Assembly (NCBI GenBank): GCA_965207445.1
Contig: CBDBLX010000002.1
Coordinates: forward strand, 96,001-160,000
Direction of reading: 5' to 3'
Origin: Nitrosopumilus sp.
GTDB taxonomy: Archaea; Thermoproteota; Nitrososphaeria; Nitrososphaerales; Nitrosopumilaceae
Length of the DNA: 64,000 nucleotides
In this document: positions 29,931 through 40,231 of the stretch, piece by piece
Layout of the letters: the number at the start of each line of letters is the position of its first letter
Numbering within the stretch: position 1 is the first letter of the stretch
Translations under genes and position numbers: made by a program
Notes under the pieces: model-generated
Told to the model about the DNA's origin: nothing
Databases searched by the model: none
Seen by the model: only the letters and a program-made list of their open reading frames with translations

Positions 29931-31208
29931 ATGAAACAAAAAACAGTTCAGGAAGAAAAGGTGGTAGACGAAACAACTCAATCAAGATCAAAAACATTGG
30001 AAAATGACAACCCAAAGCCTGGCAAACAGAGGCGCTCCAAGGCTCAGATTGATGCTATTAGGAAAGCAGGCATTCAGATTGCATGTATTGCAGGTGCCAT
30101 AACTACACTAAGCTCGATTAAATGGACAGTCGCATCGCAAACTATGCAAGGTCTATTGTATGTGGTGTCGCTTAGTTCACTTGGAATGAGATGTCAGTGT
30201 GAGGCCAATCAAAATGGAAAAAAGATATGCAAGCATGTGGTGGGGGTATACAAGCTCTTAGACAAAGAGTGGTGGTGCGGGCGTAGAAAAAGGATACAGA
30301 TTAGGCGCAAAAAATTGAGATGTCAGTATCCAAAATGCAGATCCAAAGATGTGGTAGGATGGGGAGAGCGCAAGTGTAAGAGAAAAAGATCTGTGAGGCG
30401 ATACATGTGCAAAAAATGTGGCCGTACATTTTCTGGAATGGAAGGGTTCAAGGGGCGGCATTTTGATGCATCCGTAATAGCAAAAGCGTTGTCCATGATG
30501 GCAACTAAAATGTCTCCAGAAGAAGTATGTGTGCAGCTTGCAATGGATGAGATCATCATAAACCCATCTACAATACATAGGTGGACTGATGAGTATTCGC
30601 GAATCATGCTACGGTTCTCAAGTTTGTTGTGTCTTGATGCATGGTTTCAGTGGCATGTCGACGAGTTAGAATTTAAAATACGTAAACAGACCAGATATTT
30701 GTTTGGTGTGATTGATGGCGCAAGTCGATTTGTTTTATCCCACGAGATCCTCAAGAAGAAAAAGGGATCTGATCCCACTAACCTGTTTCAAATGGCTGCT
30801 GCTCGTACGCGTAGGCTACCACGCATACTTGTAAGTGATGGACTGCAGGAGTTCATAAAGCCCGCCAGAAAAGTATTCTTTAGACGGGCTGGATCGGTGT
30901 TTGTACACATACGTGAGATACACATACAGAATCTTTTTAATCAAAATAACGTCTACGAACGACTCAATGGAGAATTTGAGGATAGACTCAAGTGTGTACG
31001 TGGACTAAAATCAGAGGACCCCGGACTCTTACGTCTGATCATAGTATATCATAACTTTTTTAGAAAACACACAAGCCTCAAAAACAACATGACGCCTGCC
31101 AAGGCAATTGGAATTGACATTATACCAGTAAAAGACTCTGATCTTGCAGATAGTTGTGATATGTGGATAACACTCATCCAAAACGCATCCATACGTGCCT
31201 CTGCCTGA
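29931..31208 (+). CDS. IS6-like DDE transposase with N-terminal SWIM finger and Zn ribbon
   Basis: CQC..CKH (SWIM), CQYPKC..CKKC, WHVDE, VSDG, NNVYERLN. ORF track start 29793; ATG 29931 is more likely. Confidence 0.88.
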   Translation: MKQKTVQEEKVVDETTQSRSKTLENDNPKPGKQRRSKAQIDAIRKAGIQIACIAGAITTLSSIKWTVASQTMQGLLYVVSLSSLGMRCQCEANQNGKKICKHVVGVYKLLDKEWWCGRRKRIQIRRKKLRCQYPKCRSKDVVGWGERKCKRKRSVRRYMCKKCGRTFSGMEGFKGRHFDASVIAKALSMMATKMSPEEVCVQLAMDEIIINPSTIHRWTDEYSRIMLRFSSLLCLDAWFQWHVDELEFKIRKQTRYLFGVIDGASRFVLSHEILKKKKGSDPTNLFQMAAARTRRLPRILVSDGLQEFIKPARKVFFRRAGSVFVHIREIHIQNLFNQNNVYERLNGEFEDRLKCVRGLKSEDPGLLRLIIVYHNFFRKHTSLKNNMTPAKAIGIDIIPVKDSDLADSCDMWITLIQNASIRASA

Positions 31209-31530
31209 ATTGTCAAATTCTACACATTACACATCATATATACAAACACTCTACATCTGTTTGTGTTTTGATGCCAAATCAAACTATCATTTTTGGTGTA
31301 CAATCTAATTTCTTCAAGATGAACCACCCTCGTTTGTCTTTTTGATACTGACTCTAACTATCCTTATTCCAAACTATCATCATAGTCATACAAAAAAGTA
31401 CTAAAAACTTACACTTTTTTAACCTCAAATACCAAATTCAGATAAAAAGTTCATATAAACACCGATCAACCGCGTTTGCAAGAGAACCGTTCTTGACAAA
31501 AATTAAATAATCAAATCCAAGAGAAAGATC

Positions 31531-31785
31531 ATGGGATTACCGCCATATACACATGTTCCAAAAGAGGCTTGGCCTAGCTGGACATGGTATGCAATTGAAT
31601 TTGGAATTGTACTTGCAGCATCCATGCTAGTATCACGCGAGATTACAGACTCTTTTGAGGAACTAGCACCTGATGTGCAAAACTATGTATTCATGGGAAT
31701 CGTTGGATTGATATTTTTGGCATGGTATATTGGTCTGCGACACTTGCTGTTTAGAAAAAAAATCTTGAGAAACACATACGAATAA
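31531..31785 (+). CDS. Small conserved thaumarchaeal membrane protein
   Basis: 84 aa, 2 TM segments. Confidence 0.65.
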   Translation: MGLPPYTHVPKEAWPSWTWYAIEFGIVLAASMLVSREITDSFEELAPDVQNYVFMGIVGLIFLAWYIGLRHLLFRKKILRNTYE

Positions 31786-31805
31786 TCGAATGAATGAATG
31801 AATAA

Positions 31806-32579
31806 TTAATTCATATATTTAGTCTTGTCAACAATACCCGCACCTACAAATGAGCGCTTTCTATTCATACATGATTCACACACACCACATTGTAACTTTT
31901 GATTCTCGTAACAACTCCATGTCTCATATATGGTGTCACCCAACACATCTAGTCCATATTTGATTAAATCATTTTTTGTGAGTCCAGCAATATACGGAGA
32001 CCATATCTCTATTTTTTTGCGCAAGCCAGACTTTATGCCATCGGACTCACCAGCATTCAGCGCAGATTCTAGTTTTCTGGTAAATGGTGGTCTACAATCT
32101 GGATAATGTGTATCACCTGTATGTGCACCATACGCTACACAAGACGCATCGATTGAAAATGCCCATGCAGTAGCAATTGATAAGAATATTGCATTTCGAA
32201 TAGGAACAACAATAGAGTACTCGAACTTGCCAGGCATCTTTTTGTGTGCAACGCCAGTCAAGACGTTTGAGTTGCCATACAACTGTTTCATAAAACTAAT
32301 ATCTACAATTCGGTGTTGTTTTAAATTGAGTTTTTTTGCCAATGTCTTGGCACAGCGTACCTCACGATTTGCTTTTTGACCATACACAAACGTAACACCA
32401 TACACATCATCGTATCGTTGATTTAGCATAGACGCCACACAAACAGAGTCTATACCGCCACTAAACACAACTACTGCTGCGGTGTGGGTAGTTGTGGGGG
32501 TAGTTGTGGTGCCAACAGACGATCTCACATCATCATCATCATCACTCTTTATACGAGCAGACAACTTGTCACCGCCCAT
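31806..32579 (-). CDS. queC: 7-cyano-7-deazaguanine synthase
   Basis: FSGGIDS, VPIRNAIFLS, YPDCRP, TWSCY..CGVCESC. Confidence 0.93.
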   Translation of the reverse strand: MGGDKLSARIKSDDDDDVRSSVGTTTTPTTTHTAAVVVFSGGIDSVCVASMLNQRYDDVYGVTFVYGQKANREVRCAKTLAKKLNLKQHRIVDISFMKQLYGNSNVLTGVAHKKMPGKFEYSIVVPIRNAIFLSIATAWAFSIDASCVAYGAHTGDTHYPDCRPPFTRKLESALNAGESDGIKSGLRKKIEIWSPYIAGLTKNDLIKYGLDVLGDTIYETWSCYENQKLQCGVCESCMNRKRSFVGAGIVDKTKYMN

Positions 32580-33594
32580 TTTTACTTGAAACTATCTTTG
32601 CATTTCTTGCTATCTTGCAAATTTTGGTCTGGGATTCCACATTTGCAGACTTGAATCCTTTATACATCGCATCTGCTATCTTGCGCTTTGTCTTTGAATC
32701 TGCATCAACCATTATCGCAATAACAGATGGTCCAGCACCACTAATCATTACCTCTTTTGCGCCAGCATCAAGTGCATATTTTTTAACAGTATCAAAGCCA
32801 GGTATCATGTGCTTTCGTGCAGGCTCTGCGATTACATCAGTAGTTATACCACATCCAAACATTGTATTATTTTTAGTTGCAAGACAGCTGGCAAGTAAAG
32901 ATGCATTTGCCATATTTTGTATCGTATTTTTGAGTGTAATTTTTTTAGGTAAGACACCTCTTGAGACCTTTGTCTTTTTATCGGGTACATCAATTACAGG
33001 TATAGCAACACAGAATCTCAAGTTATCAGCAGGCTCAAATCCAATCACAGATATCCTTTGATCAGATGGCCTCACTATAACAAAGCCACCTACAACAGAG
33101 GCAGCTACATTGTCATAGTGTATAGTACCTGCACTTGCCTTTTCGCCTTGACCTGCTGACATTACCAATTGTGTTTGTGTTTGCTTGAGACCAAACAGCG
33201 CGTCGCACGCAACAGCAGCAGCGGCAGCAGATGCAGCACTGCTTCCTAATCCCAAGCCGGTGGGAACACCCTTTTTAATTGAAATCTCAACGTCGTCGTT
33301 GATGTTGTGTTTGTTTAACATGGACTTTACGACCAGTCCTGCTGTGTTAGAGTTCGGATCAGTTGGTAGGGTTGTGGTGGTAGCACCCTCATATTTGATA
33401 GTGATATTGGAAGGGTTGTTTCTATTGTTGTTGCTACTACTATTGTTTTGTTTATCTATTTTTGTAACGGTTATTTCGTCATAAAATGCATCAAGTGCAA
33501 GTCCGAATATATCAAAGCCAGGCCCCAAATTAGCAGAGCTAGAATACGCCCTTGCCGTTTTTTTATTTACAGACTTCACTAGCCTCTTTTTCAT
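32569..33594 (-). CDS. thrB: Homoserine kinase
   Basis: SSANLGPGFD, GLGLGSSAAS, HYDNVA, ISGAGPS. Confidence 0.93.
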   Translation of the reverse strand: MKKRLVKSVNKKTARAYSSSANLGPGFDIFGLALDAFYDEITVTKIDKQNNSSSNNNRNNPSNITIKYEGATTTTLPTDPNSNTAGLVVKSMLNKHNINDDVEISIKKGVPTGLGLGSSAASAAAAAVACDALFGLKQTQTQLVMSAGQGEKASAGTIHYDNVAASVVGGFVIVRPSDQRISVIGFEPADNLRFCVAIPVIDVPDKKTKVSRGVLPKKITLKNTIQNMANASLLASCLATKNNTMFGCGITTDVIAEPARKHMIPGFDTVKKYALDAGAKEVMISGAGPSVIAIMVDADSKTKRKIADAMYKGFKSANVESQTKICKIARNAKIVSSKNGR

Positions 33595-33709
33595 ACATGT
33601 ACACCTTTTTTGTTTTCATATTTATTAAATACATGTACATTATCACAAGTATACATTGTATGTGTGGAGCACGCTACTGTATGTTGGCACATTGCACTTT
33701 GACACATAA

Positions 33710-34468
33710 TCAATCCTCCACCTCTTCTCCTCTGTTAAGTATACGGCTCAGTGCTCCTTCTAGAGTCACAAACCCATCACCTGATACATTTGAGATGGGA
33801 ACAAGTCCCTGCGCAAACCCGCCCAAATTCAGTCCTCGCAATATATTGGTAGTCAACGTATACGTCTCACCGTCTGATTCAGCAGCTATCGCATCCTCAA
33901 GTGAATCTAAATTTGTGGACCATTGTAGTATCTTTTTTATCTCCTTTGTAATTAAATCCACTTTTGTGAGTACATTGACAGTCGGCAAGCCAAGTCGAAG
34001 TCTTATTGATGTAGCAAGTAGTGCAATGGATACAAAATTCACCGGCGATGTGATCAATCCTCCATCAAAGAGAAATATAGACATTTTTTCATCTGATGAC
34101 AAGTTGTGCACAACATAACTACCACTTGAACGATATGCAAACAACTCTACTTGTCCTGGAGTATCGACTAAAAGATAGTCAGGGTTTACGTTATTTACTT
34201 GATCTTGTACAACATCTAGTTTTGTGGCCAACAAATCACTTGCCATCATCAATGAACCGTTTGGACCCAGATCATACTGTCGCATTATAGACACAAGATC
34301 AATATGATCTCTGACATCCACATCGCACGTATATGGCATACTCTCAACACCTGCATCAAGATTAAGTATAGCAGCAAAGGCTCCGTTTCGGGTATAATAC
34401 TCGTATAGTTTAGAGGTAAGAAGAGATTTGCCACTACCGGCAGTTCCAGAGATAAATATTGTTTTCAA
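33710..34468 (-). CDS. GPN-loop GTPase
   Basis: GTAGSGKS, LGPNG, DTPGQVE, TKVD. Confidence 0.9.
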   Translation of the reverse strand: MKTIFISGTAGSGKSLLTSKLYEYYTRNGAFAAILNLDAGVESMPYTCDVDVRDHIDLVSIMRQYDLGPNGSLMMASDLLATKLDVVQDQVNNVNPDYLLVDTPGQVELFAYRSSGSYVVHNLSSDEKMSIFLFDGGLITSPVNFVSIALLATSIRLRLGLPTVNVLTKVDLITKEIKKILQWSTNLDSLEDAIAAESDGETYTLTTNILRGLNLGGFAQGLVPISNVSGDGFVTLEGALSRILNRGEEVED

Positions 34469-34658
34469 CTATTGTATAGCTGCACACCCATTATTCAAAG
34501 CTTGCATATACTCAGGCATACATTAAAATTCAAATACAATAACAACAACATACATTTTATATTAATTGAACACACATTATTGACTTGTTTTGTAATTTAC
34601 TGTATCACAAAAGGATTACAATCCATAATTCATATTTACAGAACTCTAATTTTTTACA

Positions 34659-35714
34659 ATGAATTGGAGACTCGCAATAGTACCAGTAACACTCATACCG
34701 ATTATAATAATTGCCATTCAATTTGACATAAAGCCAGAAGACGTATTTGCAATAGGCATAGTGCCGTTTATTGGAGCAGTAGCTGCAATAATGATGAAAC
34801 TGGTACTCCAAGGTGTAAAATTTGCATACATAACAAGAAAGTATCTTGCAGGATTCGACACCATACGTAAGCTTGTCGGTGTTAGAGTTGGAAGTGAATT
34901 TATTAAATTTACAACCCCAATGTTTATCGGCGCCGAATTTATAGTCATATATTATCTGCATAAAAAAGGCGTCAAACCCTCAAAGTCAACGTGGATTGCA
35001 ATAATGGATATCGTAACAGAAGTGTTAGCAGGAGGCATACTGTCAATCATGGCAGGACTCATTGCGTTGTTTAGTGGATTGTACTTGGTAGCAATAGTGG
35101 TGCTTTCAACTAGTATAACTGTGACTGTATTGTGGATGGTATTGTTTTTGCTATCCTCAAAGCGTACGTTTCAGGTACCTAGAGTATTGGCATCAGTCTC
35201 CATTAGATTGGGCAAGAAAAGAGCGGCCAAATACGTAAAGGAAACTAACATGTGGATGGAAGAAGTATGTAATATGAGCAGAAAACATCTTAAAACATCA
35301 GAGGCTAAAAGAATATTTTTGGTATCGTTTTTGATCTCACTTGCATCATGGTTATTTTATGGAATATCATTTATGATAATAGCAATTGGGCCAGGATATA
35401 TCATCACTGCATTTGATTCAATCATGGCAGTAATGGCAGCAAACGCAATAGGAAATCTACCCATAACAGTAGGTGGTTCGGGTCTTGCCGAATTTGGTAT
35501 TGTGGCGTATCTTCATGACTTGAATCCGTTTAGTTTTACAGATGATATGACAGGCGAAGATGGACTAGTGTGGGATGCAGTTATTGGATGGAGAATTGCC
35601 ACATATTATGTTCCAATTGTGATTACGTGGTTGCTACTAGTAAAGTTGGCACTTAGCAGAGTATCAAATAATCAACAGCCAACTACTACTTCCACAACTA
35701 TCAAGCCACAATGA
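34659..35714 (+). CDS. UPF0104 / lysylphosphatidylglycerol synthase TM-family flippase-like protein
   Basis: Multi-TM, FTTPMFIGAE, PITVGGSGLAE, WRIATYY. Confidence 0.8.
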   Translation: MNWRLAIVPVTLIPIIIIAIQFDIKPEDVFAIGIVPFIGAVAAIMMKLVLQGVKFAYITRKYLAGFDTIRKLVGVRVGSEFIKFTTPMFIGAEFIVIYYLHKKGVKPSKSTWIAIMDIVTEVLAGGILSIMAGLIALFSGLYLVAIVVLSTSITVTVLWMVLFLLSSKRTFQVPRVLASVSIRLGKKRAAKYVKETNMWMEEVCNMSRKHLKTSEAKRIFLVSFLISLASWLFYGISFMIIAIGPGYIITAFDSIMAVMAANAIGNLPITVGGSGLAEFGIVAYLHDLNPFSFTDDMTGEDGLVWDAVIGWRIATYYVPIVITWLLLVKLALSRVSNNQQPTTTSTTIKPQ

Positions 35715-35846
35715 CAAGTAATTGATAGTGCTCAACCAATGCGTCTGCCCCTTGCCCACTCATTGCTCCCATTGTGCCAAGAAGATATAATGACAAGTAA
35801 TTGGCAATTAACAAGAATTTAATTTAAAACTACATCAACAACATAC

Positions 35847-36521
35847 ATGTCAAATAACAATAGCGACAATAATGGCGACAATAATGTACTTGAAGATCAC
35901 AAAAAAGAGATCTTAAAACTATTAAAAAAGACAGGTGCTGCAAAATTTTCTTTAAAAAAAGAGTTCAAACTAGCATCAGGTGTGATGTCTGATCACTATT
36001 TTGATCTAAGGGTTTTGTGCGGTGAACCCGATGGTATAAGAGCAGTTGCATCTGCGCTATACCACATGACAAGACACCTATATGATGATGATCATGACGA
36101 TGACCAACACACAATGATGCCAAAATCAGTTGGTGGATTAGAATCCGGCTCTATCTCAATTGCAACTGCAATATCATACAAGAGTGCTCAGATGCAACAA
36201 CACGACTCACAATCCAAGAACATGCCTAGTTTATCATCATTTTTTGTACGAAAGAACCGCAAAGAACACGGAACGCAAAAGATGATCGAGGGTGTGATAA
36301 ATGGTCCAGTAGTGGTGATAGTAGATGATGTAATTACAAGTGGTGACTCTGCACTAAAGGCAGTAAATGCCGTACGAAAAGCAGGTTTTAAGTGTGATTA
36401 TTTATTGTGTATAGTGTATAGGGGAACTGATGAGCAAAAAAGGGAGATTGAAAAAGTTGCAAGTATTAGATACCTCTTGACATCAAATGAGATAATCAAA
36501 TATCTTAAAGATACAAAATAA
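35847..36521 (+). CDS. pyrE: Orotate phosphoribosyltransferase
   Basis: FKLASG..S.HYFDLR, RKNRKEHGT, IVDDVITSGDS. Confidence 0.9.
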   Translation: MSNNNSDNNGDNNVLEDHKKEILKLLKKTGAAKFSLKKEFKLASGVMSDHYFDLRVLCGEPDGIRAVASALYHMTRHLYDDDHDDDQHTMMPKSVGGLESGSISIATAISYKSAQMQQHDSQSKNMPSLSSFFVRKNRKEHGTQKMIEGVINGPVVVIVDDVITSGDSALKAVNAVRKAGFKCDYLLCIVYRGTDEQKREIEKVASIRYLLTSNEIIKYLKDTK

Positions 36522-36587
36522 CAGTAATTGTAAATTTATCTGTTGTTTAGTATATTATTTGTAAAAAGAGGGCGCGGTGGTTTGAGA

Positions 36588-37154
36588 TTAGTACTGTCTA
36601 TGTGGAATACTTCGTCTGATGTGTGCAACTATTGCCTCTCGTTCATCTTTTGCAGTGTATGTTCCACGAAATGCCGATGACAGTACGGTAGCGTCATTTT
36701 TAACACCACGCATCTTCATACAAAGGTGCTCAGCATCTGTCATAACAGCAACGCCACGAACTCCTTGTGAATACAACTCATCTGCAATGTTCTTTGTGAG
36801 TCGTTCTTGAATTTGAAGACGCTTTGAGTATTTTTCAACTAATCTCACAAGTTTTGATATACCAAACACCATCCCATTTGGAGAGTAGGCTATGTGGATC
36901 TTTCCATAAAAAGGCAACATATGATGCTCACACATAGAGTAAAACTGTATATCACAAGCAACCACGGTATCAGAATCCTCTGAGAACTGCACAGAGAGTT
37001 CAGCATCAGAATCGTAGCCACTGAATATCTCCTTGTACATGTTAGTAATACGTTTAGGTGTCTCTCGTAGCCCTTCTCTGGTAGGATCTTCACCTAATTC
37101 TATGAGTATTTCTCTTACTAGGTTCTGCATTCGCTCATCATTCATCTTAATCAC
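36588..37154 (-). CDS. folE: GTP cyclohydrolase I
   Basis: GEDPTREGLRETPKR, CEHHMLPF, RLQIQERLT, HLCMKMRG. Confidence 0.95.
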   Translation of the reverse strand: MIKMNDERMQNLVREILIELGEDPTREGLRETPKRITNMYKEIFSGYDSDAELSVQFSEDSDTVVACDIQFYSMCEHHMLPFYGKIHIAYSPNGMVFGISKLVRLVEKYSKRLQIQERLTKNIADELYSQGVRGVAVMTDAEHLCMKMRGVKNDATVLSSAFRGTYTAKDEREAIVAHIRRSIPHRQY

Positions 37155-37213
37155 TCTACATCAAGTACAGGTGTATATGAAGTTAATTTAGTCTAAAAGG
37201 GGAGAATCAATAT

Positions 37214-37990
37214 TTAAGGCGCACCAATTAATTTGTGAAGTTGTGGAACAACCCTGACATCTGTATAGATAGGTCTTATGGCATCATACATCTCAAGCAA
37301 CAAGTCAAGATCAGGTGCATCTTTTCCATAAACAGGTTGTATAACAAAACCAGATATGGCATTAGTACACCCAGATACAACATCAAGTATTTTTGATGCC
37401 AAGTCTTGTATCTCAGAGACAGCAGTCTTTGAGCTTGCAACGATCTTGATGTATGTTGTGGTTGCAGTTGTGGTTGCAGTTGCTTTATTCCCCCCTTTAA
37501 CATGATTATTATCGGATGTAGCATGTTTAAGACACAAAAGTGCTTGTTCTGTCATCTTTTGGTATTGTTGTTCTGTATTTGTAAATTCAGAGTCACGTGT
37601 CTTGAACTCGATCTTTGCAATGTCAATGTGTGGCAACACAAAGGCAAAACGTTTTGAATCAAAACAAGATGATTCTAAATATGTCAGTATATTTTTATTT
37701 TTTGAATGTACATGTTGTGCCATTTTGGCAACTGCTCTGTGTTGTAAAAGTGGGTCACCTCCAGTAAAGTTCACCTTGTAAGTATGCTCTTGAAGTGACT
37801 CGTCGATCAGTTTTGTTGCATCTCTTATCGTATATTCAACACCAGAATCAAGTGCAAGTGCATCTGTTGTATCGCAATAAAAGCAGGTAAATGGACACCC
37901 TGCTAATCTCACAAAGAGTGTCTTTGTTCCATACAGTATTCCTTCACCCTCTACAGACGTGAATATCTCATACAATCTTACTTTTGACAA
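37214..37990 (-). CDS. queE: 7-carboxy-7-deazaguanine synthase (radical SAM)
   Basis: EIFTSVEGEG, CPFTCFYCDT, TGGDP, VPQLHK. Likely TTG start at 37990. Confidence 0.9.
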   Translation of the reverse strand: MSKVRLYEIFTSVEGEGILYGTKTLFVRLAGCPFTCFYCDTTDALALDSGVEYTIRDATKLIDESLQEHTYKVNFTGGDPLLQHRAVAKMAQHVHSKNKNILTYLESSCFDSKRFAFVLPHIDIAKIEFKTRDSEFTNTEQQYQKMTEQALLCLKHATSDNNHVKGGNKATATTTATTTYIKIVASSKTAVSEIQDLASKILDVVSGCTNAISGFVIQPVYGKDAPDLDLLLEMYDAIRPIYTDVRVVPQLHKLIGAP

Positions 37991-38535
37991 GATATCTCTC
38001 CTTTGTAAAATGTAGATGGATTTATTTGGCAATAAATTATACAATATATTATATGATACATTACACGACACATTACACGACATGGCTCAAAACAAGTGAA
38101 TATTTTGTAACTGGTATTTTTTTCAAACGACCCAAATAAAACAAAATTGATATTAGATATTTGATAAATGCACATATAATGATGACATGATTGCATCGTA
38201 ATTTTTGAAATAACACAATAGTCACTTGACATATTAGAAATTTTATTGCAAGGCATTTTAGGATTTGCAAACATCTAGCATCAATACACAAAAGTCTATC
38301 AGTTTTGATAGTAAAACCAAATGATCTACACAACCATATAATGAAAATCACATATGCAATGAAAGAATGAACAGTAGTATCAAGCAAATACTCTATAAAT
38401 TTTAATGAGAAATAGTCACAATAATGATTATATTTTTACAGTCAATTTATCTAGTAAAAAATATATGATTAAATATCAAGATACTAAAATCACAAGTTCT
38501 AAAAAGCCGTGACCGACCAAAAGCAAATAATACAG

Positions 38536-38736
38536 TTATTGGACAATAGGCTCTTTTGCATAAAATAGTCCTGCTATGAAGAATATAATGCCAAGTATGC
38601 CAATAGTGCTACCCACAAGCTCAACCTGGGGTGCATAATTTTCCGCGTCGACAGTAGGTGCCCATAAAAATGCCATTAGTGCTCCTACCACAATCATCGG
38701 AATGCCAACGCCGACAGTTATAGCCCTTGATGCCAT
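38536..38736 (-). CDS. Small 2-TM conserved thaumarchaeal protein
   Basis: MASRAITVGVGIPMI...GLFYAKEP. Confidence 0.65.
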   Translation of the reverse strand: MASRAITVGVGIPMIVVGALMAFLWAPTVDAENYAPQVELVGSTIGILGIIFFIAGLFYAKEPIVQ

Positions 38737-38850
38737 GATTTACGCCCATCTAAAACGTATATGATGTTTGCGAATAATGGCGATTAAATACTAGATTATC
38801 TGCCTCTCAAATTTTTATCCGTAGCTATGAAAAACAAACAGCCACGCAAC

Positions 38851-39445
38851 GTAACTATTTTGCTTTTTGAAGTGCACACATAAGCTAAAAGATCATGCCA
38901 TTTTTCTGACCATAATAATCTCGGCATTGTATATTCATATATAATCAATTGGCAATGATAACGCGTAGTTGATTACAATACACAGATTGGCACACAGATG
39001 ATTCTGTAGTTTTTAGCCGGGTTTGCATGCCTTGCACAACATATCAAAAAAGCTCTCGCCGCTGATCTTACTTGTTGCAAGCAGTGTGACAATATTGAGT
39101 TGGCCTCCATACCACGAGACGTTCTGTTTCCACTACCACCATCATGTTTTATGGATACAAATACTCGATTAGTTCGTTCAACGTCATAATTGTCTGACTG
39201 CACAGGTTCTCCTACAAACGCGGTTGGTGACAATTAATACAGATTTGAACGTAACCGTTCAGCCCATAATAGTTTCATTAAAGATCCGATAGTTTTCTAA
39301 TATTTTGTATTCATAATATGTGCTCAACTTTGAGATGAATATCAATCAAAATATCGGATCTTTAATCATATCAGTACCCATTCCAAAATTTAGGCACAAA
39401 TTCACCGCCTAACGTCTGGTGCAGGTACGGGGGTTGAACGGTTAC
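38851..39445. mobile_element. Cluster of nested IS remnants: IS66 end, IS6 end, IS66-type mini-element and MITE
   Basis: 38851-~39197 matches 15502-~15857. 39205-39250 matches the IS6 left end (29616). GTAACCGTTCAGCCC (39251) and GGGTTGAACGGTTAC (ending 39445) form an IR. Confidence 0.8.
39267..39376. mobile_element. 110-bp MITE
   Basis: TIR core ATTAAAGATCCGATA, 4-bp TSD CCCA, near-identical to 57719-57828 in inverted orientation. Confidence 0.88.
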
Positions 39446-39584
39446 TAGTATTTTCAGATGGTATGCAGATTATATCAAAGCACTCGACTAAAACATTGGA
39501 GCACTCTGCAAACAAAATATTTAAAAAATACATAGTTATATATTATATATGAATGAAAGAGATCACAAATCATAACTTTCAGGG

Positions 39585-39815
39585 GTGGTTTCCGATATGA
39601 AGAATGTTTTGAATAATAGTAATGATAGCGCCGAACGAAAATTTGGACAACTGCAAGGATACACGAATGAATTAGAACGAATTGCAGATAGTCTATCTGA
39701 CAGTCAATTAAAAGCTGCTGTAAGACATGCCTGTACAATGCTTGCAGGTGGTTTTATAGGATATGGAATTGATGTTATAATTGAGGCGATAAACAATATC
39801 GGGGTGTTGTTATGA
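39585..39815 (+). CDS. Small hypothetical protein (coiled coil with C-terminal hydrophobic helix)
   Basis: 76 aa, ATGA-coupled to the next ORF. Confidence 0.5.
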   Translation: MVSDMKNVLNNSNDSAERKFGQLQGYTNELERIADSLSDSQLKAAVRHACTMLAGGFIGYGIDVIIEAINNIGVLL

Positions 39816-40231
39816 AACTGTTATTTTTGGCTGTACTTGTGCCATCCATATATTTTGCAGTAGTGTCATTGCCTGATGTATCTCTAACAAACCCAATTTT
39901 AGATATATTGTCAAATAATAATAATAATCATAATAATTATACACCAAACCTCATACCTGATACGTGGGGGGCAGTTGTTATGATTGCTATAGTATCATTT
40001 TTTGCTCTATCGTATAATACATGGATTGCACCAGATGCCGCATATTCAATGATATGTTTGTGTTTAATGGGGCTTGCAGGTGGTGTGTTATGTGGTCTAT
40101 ATCTCGTGCTGGGCATCTTTGATGGGTTTATCGTGTATGCTCTAACACTAGTATTATATGGGATCACACTTTTTAAAATTATACCAATGGGATTGCATAA
40201 CTTGCGTTTGGTATTTACGCAAACAAAATAA
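39812..40231 (+). CDS. Hypothetical 4-TM membrane protein
   Basis: 139 aa, mostly hydrophobic. Confidence 0.55.
   Translation: MKLLFLAVLVPSIYFAVVSLPDVSLTNPILDILSNNNNNHNNYTPNLIPDTWGAVVMIAIVSFFALSYNTWIAPDAAYSMICLCLMGLAGGVLCGLYLVLGIFDGFIVYALTLVLYGITLFKIIPMGLHNLRLVFTQTK

Larger units (their letters stand above)
29616..31488 (+). mobile_element. IS6-family element (1.87 kb)
   Basis: TIRs GGTTCTCCTGCAAACGCGGTTG and CAACCGCGTTTGCAAGAGAACC. 8-bp TSD GTTCTTGA at 29608-29615 and 31489-31496. Confidence 0.9.

Noticed and set aside
31806..37990. queC/queE/folE as a DNA 7-deazaguanine (dpd) modification system
   Set aside because: No dpdA/tgt-like or dpdB-K genes nearby. The genes are interspersed with housekeeping genes, consistent with archaeosine precursor synthesis.
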